Source: an uncultured Campylobacterales bacterium
Lineage (GTDB): Bacteria; Campylobacterota; Campylobacteria; Campylobacterales; QNZT01
Length of the DNA: 64,000 bases
Assembly (NCBI GenBank): GCA_964622255.1
Contig: CAZUPK010000098.1
Coordinates: 24,569 to 88,568, forward strand
Direction of reading: 5' to 3'
Shown: in pieces, positions 9,237 through 16,291 of the stretch
How the letters are laid out: each line of letters opens with the position of its first letter
How positions within the stretch are numbered: position 1 is the first letter of the stretch
Notes under the pieces: model-generated
Told to the model about the DNA's origin: nothing
The model's input: only the letters and a program-made list of their open reading frames with translations
Databases searched by the model: none
Program-made: the position numbers and the translations under genes

Positions 9237-9710
9237 TTAAAACTTCATTTCTTTCCAAAGACCACCTTGACTTGAAGCACTTGGCTCACCTCTTTTGATC
9301 TTTTCTTTTAAGTCTTCCAAACCAGCGATAATTGCTTCAGGTCTTGGAGGACAACCGGCAACAAAAACATCAGCTGGTAATATCTCGGTCATATTTTTTA
9401 TAACTGAAACAGAGTCATTGTAAGGACCACCATCATATGCACACGCTCCAAGAGCCACAACATATCTAGGCTCTGGCATCTGAGCATAGGTTCTTAAAAG
9501 TGCAGGTAGTATCTTTTTACTCACAAGTCCGGTTATGAACATAATATCAGCCTGTCTAGGAGTGGGTGCCATCAAATACCCATATCTTTCCCAGTCAAAT
9601 CTAGGTCCCATTGATGCCAACATCTCAAGAGAACAACAACCACTACAAAAGTGGACAATCCACGGAGATTTACTCCTCGCATAGTTAAAAAAATCAAGCA
9701 CTTTTAGCAT
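9237..9710 (-). CDS. nuoB: complex I-like subunit B (N2 cluster carrier)
   Basis: Tandem CC (GCCSLEM), SPRQAD-like PRQADIM, GACAYDGG and GCPPRPE motifs are all present. Confidence 0.9.
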   Translation of the reverse strand: MLKVLDFFNYARSKSPWIVHFCSGCCSLEMLASMGPRFDWERYGYLMAPTPRQADIMFITGLVSKKILPALLRTYAQMPEPRYVVALGACAYDGGPYNDSVSVIKNMTEILPADVFVAGCPPRPEAIIAGLEDLKEKIKRGEPSASSQGGLWKEMKF

Positions 9711-10032
9711 TTCTGTATTCCTTCATAGATATTGTAATTGCAGCAAATAGTAAACTTCCAAATACTATAGCCCAACCTATTGCAGTTTTTGACTGCGAAA
9801 AAACAAACAGACTGAAAAAAAGCCCAGCCATATCAAAAACTATAAATGCAATAGCAAATATAAAATAGTTAAAGTTAGCTTTTTTAGGCACTTCACTACT
9901 TGGCGGTAATCCACACTCAAAGTGGTCCACTTTTATACCATCAGGATTATAAGGTGCAACCCCTATTCCTAATAGATACAAGAGTAAAACACCAACTGTT
10001 ATACCGACAATAAAAATCAAAACAGTATCCAT
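9694..10032 (-). CDS. nuoA: complex I-like subunit A (start trimmed to MDTVLIF)
   Basis: NuoA/ND3-like (FECGLPP motif). The ATG at 10032 is preceded by AGGAGAG at good spacing. The ORF-track start at 10071 adds 13 unlikely residues. Confidence 0.8.
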   Translation of the reverse strand: MDTVLIFIVGITVGVLLLYLLGIGVAPYNPDGIKVDHFECGLPPSSEVPKKANFNYFIFAIAFIVFDMAGLFFSLFVFSQSKTAIGWAIVFGSLLFAAITISMKEYRNAKSA

Positions 10033-10191
10033 CGACTTACCTCTCCTTTTTTTATTAACCCCTAAAAACAAAAATTATTTGATTTCAATACTAACCAATC
10101 TTTCCTATGAAAAACCTGAAATAATTATAATTTATTCTAATATTGGATAAGCTCTAAATGGATTAGTTTTTTTCGACAACTTCCTACTTTA

Positions 10192-10647
10192 CTATTTGAA
10201 TGTTATGCCGGGTAAAATACTATCCTCTTTAAAAAGTTTAATATTACCACTATTTTCATTTTTTGTTAAGTTATCAGTAACATCTTTCTTATTGGTTAGA
10301 TTATTTTCAACCGGTTCAAAAACCATTTTCGTACCTAAGATTTTAGCCTTTTCTATTTTTATATCATCCTCAACATCAAACACCCCATCTATACTTCTTG
10401 CAATACTAAGTGCTTTTTCCTTTTCTTTTTTAGACATTACTATTCCGCTTATCTTCGTAACCAACTTCGTTTTAAAATCTTTTCCCACTATACTTACACC
10501 CAATCCATAAATCTCATTTTTATTCAATTTTTCACTAGTTTTGGTTATTAAATCATTTGTTATAGGTTCCAACTTATTTTTAAAACATACAATAGAAAGT
10601 AAACCTATCAATAAAACCCCAATGGGTAACAAGAGAAAATTTTTCAT
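10192..10647 (-). CDS. membrane-anchored BON-domain-like protein
   Basis: N-terminal TM/signal helix. KALSIARSIDGVFDVEDDIKI resembles the BON (OsmY-type) domain pattern. Weak call. Confidence 0.4.
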   Translation of the reverse strand: MKNFLLLPIGVLLIGLLSIVCFKNKLEPITNDLITKTSEKLNKNEIYGLGVSIVGKDFKTKLVTKISGIVMSKKEKEKALSIARSIDGVFDVEDDIKIEKAKILGTKMVFEPVENNLTNKKDVTDNLTKNENSGNIKLFKEDSILPGITFK

Positions 10648-10760
10648 ATAAAATCCTTATTTGAGCAATTTTTAAGAATCATTTTATAAAACTTTATCAA
10701 AATGAAGTGTTAAAATATTTTTTAAAAAGAAAAGTTAAATAAATTTTAAGAAGTAAAAAG

Positions 10761-11219
10761 TTAAACAAACTTTTCTATTAACATATATACTGCTCCACTA
10801 CAGATAGCTCCAAAAACTCCAGCAAGTAAATCATCTCCCATAACTCCATATCCGCCTTTAACATCTCTATCTATTTTTCCTATGATAGAGGGTTTCCATA
10901 TATCAAATATCCTAAAGAAGATAAAGTTTAAAGCAAAGTATATTGGAGTTAGTGCTCCGGTTATACAAAGACTAAGCCAAATACCCACAACCTCATCTAT
11001 AACTATCTCTTTTGAGTCGTGCTCTCCAATACTATCCTCATATTTATCTATCTCTTTAAAAGAGACTATCGTTATAAAGATCGTAGCTAAAAAAAGAGTT
11101 TGATAACCAAAGTTTTGAACAACAAACCAAGCCACTATAAGTCCAGCCATTGTTCCCCAAGTTCCAGGAGCTTTTGGAAGAAGTCCACTATAAAAAAATG
11201 TCAAAAAAAACTTTCTCAT
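10761..11219 (-). CDS. pgpA: phosphatidylglycerophosphatase A
   Basis: 152 aa. FFYSGLLPKAPGTWGT and FRIFDIWKP motifs are typical of PgpA. Confidence 0.8.
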   Translation of the reverse strand: MRKFFLTFFYSGLLPKAPGTWGTMAGLIVAWFVVQNFGYQTLFLATIFITIVSFKEIDKYEDSIGEHDSKEIVIDEVVGIWLSLCITGALTPIYFALNFIFFRIFDIWKPSIIGKIDRDVKGGYGVMGDDLLAGVFGAICSGAVYMLIEKFV

Positions 11220-11227
11220 AAAAATCC

Positions 11228-12418
11228 TTATGTTAGTGATGCTGTTTGGTGAAGATCTATTATCTTTAGATAAAACTTCTTATCATCCATTTCTTCTAAG
11301 AGTCCGTTTGATGGGAAAAAATCTGGGAATTTATTTATCAACTTTTTCCATCTTTTTTTATATAGAGAGCTTAAAAATATAGCCGATATCTCTTTCCTAA
11401 CCAAAACTGCCGGAGGTAAAAGTCCTTGAAGCATAAGCTCTTCTATAAATTCACTTTTGTATGATATATGGTGGTGGGTTCCATGTGGACAAGTCTTTGT
11501 GCTAACTAAAGTTTTACATTCATTACAATAAACATACTCACTGCTTACCTCTATGCTAAACTCATCACTATCAAACCTATCAACTATGGAGTTAGTTCCA
11601 TACTTATCATAAAAGAGTCCTATTCCGGAGTGGTTTTGCCCTACACTTATGGCATCACAACCAAAGTTTTTTGCAGCTAGTGCATCTAAAAAAACATTGT
11701 TATACCCTGCAAATATATAGGTATTTTCAAAGGGAACTATTAAGACTTTATTTTTTGGCAAAAAGTTATCTGTGTAATATTTTAGTGCTTCATATCTAAG
11801 CTCATATGAAAATTTATCTTTTTTATATGGTTTAAGTAAAAATAGCACTATCATATCACTCTTTTCAAGGGCATCTCTTATCATTCTTTCATGTCCCCTA
11901 TGAAGAGGTTTTGCCGCCATCATAATAGCCGTTACTTTTTTAGCATTTACCAACTCTTTTTGTTTTTTTATAAGCCTTTTTATCTCTTTGACAAAAGTTG
12001 TATCAACCTCATACTCTCCACTTACAGCAAACTTTCCAAGTCTTCTTAAAGTGTCTTTTACTCCGGGATGAGATGCATCAGTTGTAGCAAATATCTGTTC
12101 TACTCTTTTTAACCTATCTATCTTAAAAACTTCATCAACCTTTAGCTCACCACACTTTTTACCATCCTCTACTAAATCAACAATATCCCCACTTTTTAAA
12201 GATTCTAAAACTTTTGCATTTCTTTTTCCACTTGGAGCTAGAATAAAAGGGAAAGGGAAAAAGTGTCCTTTGTAGGATGAAGTTTGTTCAACACTTTTTG
12301 ACTCATTTTGATTCATCAACTTATCAACAGGTGACAAAATCCCCTCTTTAACTAAAGCAAGAGTTGCCAAAGCTTCTTTATCTATATACAGAGCTTTATC
12401 TCTTTTTTGTGATCCCAT
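11228..12418 (-). CDS. ATP-sulfurylase-fold protein with a non-canonical substrate motif
   Basis: HRGH (HxxH) nucleotidyltransferase motif, GQNHSGIG in place of GRDHAG, and a C-terminal CxxC..CPH..ISY..L..G..PP region, colinear with sulfate adenylyltransferase. The track start at 12460 is a TTG; the first ATG at 12418 is used here. Confidence 0.55.
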   Translation of the reverse strand: MGSQKRDKALYIDKEALATLALVKEGILSPVDKLMNQNESKSVEQTSSYKGHFFPFPFILAPSGKRNAKVLESLKSGDIVDLVEDGKKCGELKVDEVFKIDRLKRVEQIFATTDASHPGVKDTLRRLGKFAVSGEYEVDTTFVKEIKRLIKKQKELVNAKKVTAIMMAAKPLHRGHERMIRDALEKSDMIVLFLLKPYKKDKFSYELRYEALKYYTDNFLPKNKVLIVPFENTYIFAGYNNVFLDALAAKNFGCDAISVGQNHSGIGLFYDKYGTNSIVDRFDSDEFSIEVSSEYVYCNECKTLVSTKTCPHGTHHHISYKSEFIEELMLQGLLPPAVLVRKEISAIFLSSLYKKRWKKLINKFPDFFPSNGLLEEMDDKKFYLKIIDLHQTASLT

Positions 12419-13289
12419 ACTTTTTTCGTTTCTCCCAAAGACTCTTTCTTGATATGCCAAGCTTCTTTGAGAGTTCAGTATCTGGAAACTTACCTTGATA
12501 TTTTAGTATCACATACTTTACATAATTTTCTATAGATAGAAGTTCCCCCTCTCTATCAAATAGACTCTCTTCATTTTTTATCTCTAAAGATTCTAACCCC
12601 TCTAAGCTCTCATACATATCTGTAGTTGAAAGTATAACTCTTCTTTTTTGAATAAGAGGTAAAACCTTAGATTTTTCACTCCTTTGCAAGTTTTGAAAGT
12701 CTGTCAGATACACAAGTTCATTTGGATTTATCTTTTCAAGTTGTCTTAGAGCATCTTTATCTTCTAAAGATATAAAGGTAAAAGACTCATTAAATTCCTC
12801 TACATACTTAAAAACCATACTATCTGCTACCTTTTGACTACTTACCTTTAAAAGTATAGGAAACTCGGTATTTTCATCAAGCTTCTTTACTATACTTTTT
12901 TTAAGAAGATGGTTAATATAATTTTTATATGTTTGATTCTCTTTTCTATATTGTATGTAGTCTTGAAGATGCTCCAACTTTCTAATCAACTCCTCTATCA
13001 TAAAAGGTTTTAGTATATAGTCATTTGCTCCAGCTTTTAAAGGTGCTGTTACAGTATCGTTACTTACATATGAGACCATAAGTATTATGATACTATTTTT
13101 GTAGTGTTCTATAATAGGATAAAAATTTTGCCCGGAGATATTCGTAGAAAGTAATACGGCATCAAAATCTCCACCCCTTAGGGCATCCTTTACACTCACT
13201 GCCAATTCACAACTATGTCCTAAATTGTTTAGCTTCGTAGAAATACTTTGTGCTAAATAAATCTCATTTTCAACTATCAATATCTTCAT
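12396..13289 (-). CDS. atypical orphan response regulator (HP1021/Cj1608 CemR-like): receiver domain lacking the phospho-acceptor Asp, plus a C-terminal HTH
   Basis: Receiver fold MKILIVENE..AVLLSTNISG..ILKPF has Ser where the acceptor Asp is expected. C-terminal LSKKLGISRKSLWEKRKKYGI is a Fis-type HTH. It sits directly beside ispDF, as HP1021 does with HP1020 and Cj1608 with Cj1607 (recalled). Confidence 0.7.
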   Translation of the reverse strand: MKILIVENEIYLAQSISTKLNNLGHSCELAVSVKDALRGGDFDAVLLSTNISGQNFYPIIEHYKNSIIILMVSYVSNDTVTAPLKAGANDYILKPFMIEELIRKLEHLQDYIQYRKENQTYKNYINHLLKKSIVKKLDENTEFPILLKVSSQKVADSMVFKYVEEFNESFTFISLEDKDALRQLEKINPNELVYLTDFQNLQRSEKSKVLPLIQKRRVILSTTDMYESLEGLESLEIKNEESLFDREGELLSIENYVKYVILKYQGKFPDTELSKKLGISRKSLWEKRKKYGITKKR

Positions 13290-13296
13290 ACTAAAT

Positions 13297-14421
13297 TCAC
13301 TTCCATCTATATATTTTTATCATCGAAGTAGCCCCTACAGCTACTCCTTCTTTTCGTCCAACAAATCCCAACTTTTCAGTTGTTGTTGCTTTTACATTTA
13401 CCCTTATGGGTTCTAGTCCTAAAATAGTTGCCAATGTTTTTTTCATCTTTTGTTTATATGGTGATAATTTTGGAATCTCGGCTTGGATAGTTATATCACA
13501 GTTTACTATCTCATAACCAACACTTTTTATAAACTTAACTACCCTCTTCAAAAGGATTTTAGAGTCTATCCCCTCATACTCTTTTTTAGTGTCTGGGAAA
13601 AGCTCTCCTATATCTCCCATACCTATAGCACCCAAAAGAGAGTCTATAAGTGCATGGATAGCTACATCACCATCTGAGTGAGCTAAAAAACCAAACTCAC
13701 TCTCAACTTTTACCCCGCAAAGATACATATCTTTGTCAAAACAAAACTGATGAACATCATATCCTGTTCCAACAAAAAACTGCTCTTTGGGAGGTTTTAA
13801 GCAACCAAGCTCTTTTAAATCGGCAATATAAGTTATTTTTTTAGCAAAAGTGTTACCTTTTGTATAAAAAATAGTTCCACCCAAACCTTTTATAGCCGAA
13901 CTATCATCGGTAAAAAGCTTCTTTTGCTTTAGTGCCTCTTTTAAAATATCTGTTTTTGAAAGTTGAGGAGTTTGGATAAGTTTAACTTTTTCTCTATCGA
14001 TAGTTTCTTCATCATATATAACTGTATCGGAAACATTTAGAGTTGGAACTATACACTCTGCCTTGTCGTGGTGAAAAATAATCTCATCTATCATCTCTTT
14101 TGTAACACAGGCTCTTGCAACATCACTAACTAAAACATAGGAAGTTTCTACTTTTTCTAAAGAGTTTTTTAGACTCTCTTGTCTGCTATCCCCACCAACT
14201 ACATACTCAAACTCACTATCAAAGTTTTTCATATAGTTTATTTCCTCTTTTGAAGAGACTATAACTATCTTTTCAAAATCATAAAAAGTTTCAAATCTCT
14301 TAGCAACAAAGAGCCAAAGAGGTTTATCATCTACATATATCCACTGCTTTTTAACCGGAAAATCCTTTATAAATCTCGATGCAGTTCCGGCAGATAAAAG
14401 CACTAAAGTGATTTTGGGCAA
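13297..14421 (-). CDS. ispDF: bifunctional IspD/IspF (MEP cytidylyltransferase / MECDP synthase)
   Basis: 374 aa. N-terminal LLSAGTASRF is the IspD motif. C-terminal GTGYDVHQF..HSDGDV..H is the IspF motif. TTG start with an AAAGGA RBS. Confidence 0.9.
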   Translation of the reverse strand: MPKITLVLLSAGTASRFIKDFPVKKQWIYVDDKPLWLFVAKRFETFYDFEKIVIVSSKEEINYMKNFDSEFEYVVGGDSRQESLKNSLEKVETSYVLVSDVARACVTKEMIDEIIFHHDKAECIVPTLNVSDTVIYDEETIDREKVKLIQTPQLSKTDILKEALKQKKLFTDDSSAIKGLGGTIFYTKGNTFAKKITYIADLKELGCLKPPKEQFFVGTGYDVHQFCFDKDMYLCGVKVESEFGFLAHSDGDVAIHALIDSLLGAIGMGDIGELFPDTKKEYEGIDSKILLKRVVKFIKSVGYEIVNCDITIQAEIPKLSPYKQKMKKTLATILGLEPIRVNVKATTTEKLGFVGRKEGVAVGATSMIKIYRWK

Positions 14422-14505
14422 TGTTTGTCCTTTTAAGTTAAGTTAAGTTTTGTTTAAGTATTTTAACATACTTAAATAAAACTTGACTTAAAAAGTGTTA
14501 CAATT

Positions 14506-14919
14506 TTATACACTTTTAGTAACTTTTAACATCATTTTTTTCCAATCCCTATCAAAAACCTTTTTTATAAAGCCCTCTCTATGAGGGAGCAGACATGCTC
14601 CACAGTCTTGATGTATTACAGCAAAACTCTCTAACTTTCTGCCATCTTTTGCATCTATAGAACAACTACTTTTATAAATGGGTTCACTATCGTCAAAACG
14701 AAAATGCGGACATCCGCAGAGATAGCAGTTTAAAACTTCCATATCGTGACACTTTTTATTTTTTTCATAAAGAGGACAAAAATCTCTCTCATTTTTTACC
14801 ATATTTTCAAATCTAAAATACTCTATAATCTCATCATCACTCAAATCTTTTAACTTATCAACTATTTTTTTATGCTTTTTTGTATGAGTTTTAAACCACT
14901 CAAGATAACCCACTTGCAA
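14506..14919 (-). CDS. cysteine-rich small-domain (zf-like) protein
   Basis: 137 aa with clustered Cys/His (C..CH..LNCYLCGCPHF..C..DCGAC). This resembles the Cys-rich small domain I recall as fused to corrin-pathway enzymes. Overlaps the cobS stop by 20 nt. Confidence 0.45.
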   Translation of the reverse strand: MQVGYLEWFKTHTKKHKKIVDKLKDLSDDEIIEYFRFENMVKNERDFCPLYEKNKKCHDMEVLNCYLCGCPHFRFDDSEPIYKSSCSIDAKDGRKLESFAVIHQDCGACLLPHREGFIKKVFDRDWKKMMLKVTKSV

Positions 14920-15604
14920 CTCCTAAAACTAAAACTATCTCAACACTTTCCAAAACAAAGCCCAAAACATCGCCATTTTTAAATCCAAGCCTCTTTTCAA
15001 CCAAAAAGCTAACTAAAAAAGGTATCGCTAAAAGGTAGATATACTTTATAAATAAAACTCCCCAAAAGATAAACACATATCTACTTAGTGAAGCTTTTAA
15101 CTTTTCTAAAAAAGAGGATTTAAACTCTCCAAAATATATCAAAAATAAAAGCCCAACTCTTGAAAAGGTTATTATCACAATAAGCTCTAAAAACTTTCTA
15201 TGCAAAAGTAAAAAACTAACTCCCGCCACCTTTAAAATAAGATATGAAACTCCCCATAAAACTCCTATAGCCCCAACCGTAGGCTCTTTTATAACTTTAT
15301 AAGCATCTTTTCCACTAAGCTTGGCATAGATACTATCTACAACATCTACCACAGCTTCTAAGTGTAAAAATCCAGTTAAAAAAAGAGGTAAAAGTGCTGA
15401 AACTATGGCAAAAAGTATATTTGGAAAGAGATAGTATGGAAGTAAACTAATACTTCCTATTACAACTCCAACAAGTGGTAAAAATAAAAGCATATAGTTT
15501 AAGACCTCTTTTTTTTCAAGGTTATCACTACTTTTAAAAGTTACAGGTAAAACAGTAAAATAGCTAAATGCAAACTTTAAACCAAGATATAACTTTTTAA
15601 ACAT
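14900..15604 (-). CDS. cobS: adenosylcobinamide-GDP ribazoletransferase (cobalamin synthase)
   Basis: 234 aa polytopic protein. N-terminal FAFSYFTVLPV and the overall CobS/CobV pattern. Confidence 0.7.
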   Translation of the reverse strand: MFKKLYLGLKFAFSYFTVLPVTFKSSDNLEKKEVLNYMLLFLPLVGVVIGSISLLPYYLFPNILFAIVSALLPLFLTGFLHLEAVVDVVDSIYAKLSGKDAYKVIKEPTVGAIGVLWGVSYLILKVAGVSFLLLHRKFLELIVIITFSRVGLLFLIYFGEFKSSFLEKLKASLSRYVFIFWGVLFIKYIYLLAIPFLVSFLVEKRLGFKNGDVLGFVLESVEIVLVLGVASGLS

Positions 15605-15835
15605 CTACTTTTTGACTATCTTTTTAAATTCTTCTCCAGCTTCTAAACATAGTTTTATAACCTCTTTTATCCTAGCCATAAGTTCATCTAAGAACTTTAC
15701 TTGGGTATGACAACCTCTTAGACTTGGAATACTACCTATATAAAAACCATCCCCATTTCTTTCCATAACAACTTCAAACTCTCTTTTCATCACATATTCC
15801 TTAAGAACTTCTTTAGCCATAATCAATTTAGACAC
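15605..15835 (-). CDS. HicB-like / UPF0150 family small protein (orphan; no HicA seen)
   Basis: FEVVMERNGDGFYIGSIPSLRGCHTQVKFLDELMARIKEVIKLCLE matches the HicB N-terminal pattern (Y.a.vP.lpGC.tqG.t..Ea...i.eai). Its stop abuts the cobS ATG. GTG start at 15835, or ATG at 15820. Confidence 0.55.
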   Translation of the reverse strand: MSKLIMAKEVLKEYVMKREFEVVMERNGDGFYIGSIPSLRGCHTQVKFLDELMARIKEVIKLCLEAGEEFKKIVKK

Positions 15836-15867
15836 CGTATAATAACACTTTCAATCTTATTTGAAAA

Positions 15868-15898
15868 CTCTTTTTGAAATTTGAAAATTTCAAAAGAG
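15868..15898. repeat. 31-nt near-perfect AT-rich palindrome (CTCTTTTTGAAATTT G AAAATTTCAAAAGAG) with three TTGAAA direct repeats
   Basis: Read directly. The arms differ by one A. It lies about 35-60 nt upstream of the hicB-like start. Confidence 0.5.
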
Positions 15899-16163
15899 CT
15901 AGATAGATTTCACGGTAAAAGATAAAATAAATAGGGAAAAACCTATCTATGTGAAATAATAGCAAAAAAATGGATGAAAGTAAAATATTTAAAGATAATG
16001 AAACAAAAAGCTCTTATGTCCATAAATTCAAAAGCACTCACAGATAGGTTTTACAATATGTTATAATTATTTTGTAGAGTTGGGACATCAACTCTAGCAG
16101 GAGAAGTTGTAAGAGTTACATTAGTAGCCTGACTTTGTTGATAGCTGAATCCATTTACCTATT

Positions 16164-16188
16164 GCAGGGGGGGGAAAAATCCCCTTGC
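16164..16188 (+). repeat. hairpin containing a homopolymeric G8 tract
   Basis: GCAGGGGG(16164-16171)/CCCCTTGC(16181-16188) pair with one G-T. G run at 16167-16174, followed by A5. Such a run is unusual in this AT-rich context. Confidence 0.55.
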
Positions 16189-16215
16189 TTTAGCCATGGG
16201 GATATGTTAATGACC

Positions 16216-16289
16216 ACGACAGTAGTTTAGTTGGTTAGAATACTGTTTTGTTATATTTGGCACGAGTTCGAGTCTTGTTTGCCGTGCCA
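16216..16289 (+). pseudogene. decayed tRNA-like element (Asn-GTT-like anticodon loop) with encoded CCA
   Basis: Acceptor ACGACAG/TTGCCGT (6/7 pairs). D arm GTTT-AGTTGGTTA-GAAT. Canonical T arm ACGAG-TTCGAGT-CTTGT. Discriminator G plus CCA. The anticodon stem CTGTT/ATTTG has two T-T mismatches and the variable region is only 2 nt. Confidence 0.4.
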
Positions 16290-16291
16290 TT

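Noticed and set aside
10192-10647. The idea that the BON-like gene is a truncated OmpA/MotB-type gene, since it ends in ILPGITFK, resembling the start of an OmpA-like domain.
   Set aside because: Translating the 120 nt downstream in all frames gave no OmpA-like remnant, and two stops follow in frame.
15943-16023. A 26-codon hydrophobic minus-strand ORF (MDIRAFCFIIFKYFTFIHFFAIISHR), reminiscent of a type I toxin, with an antisense 25-codon plus-strand ORF.
   Set aside because: There is no Shine-Dalgarno and no recognisable toxin family. Short ORFs like this are expected by chance in AT-rich spacers. It is kept only as a note inside the spacer finding.
16040-16215. Cobalamin riboswitch upstream of the hicB-like/cobS operon. 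The minus strand contains AAGTCAGG (complement of 16128-16135), which resembles the start of the B12 box.
   Set aside because: The rest of the B12 box (..ACCTGCC), the GCCACTG core and the GGTG..AATCC element are absent on both strands. I made a similar negative inspection of the cobD leader (60543-60816).
15912-16289. Possible tmRNA. The tRNA-like 3' end (T arm, CCA) plus ACGGTAA at 15912-15918 could pair with the 3' acceptor strand about 370 nt away, which is a tmRNA-like length.
   Set aside because: The 5' end does not start with the GGG/GGGG acceptor. There is no G3-U70 alanine identity pair (it would be G-C), no TTCGAC-type D-analogue, and no tag reading frame ending in an ALAA/AKAA-like peptide that I could see.
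16259-16289. TGGCACG within the tRNA-like T arm, as a possible sigma-54 -24 element (rpoN is in the window).
   Set aside because: The required TTGC at the -12 position, with correct spacing, is absent. The match is explained by the T-arm/acceptor sequence.
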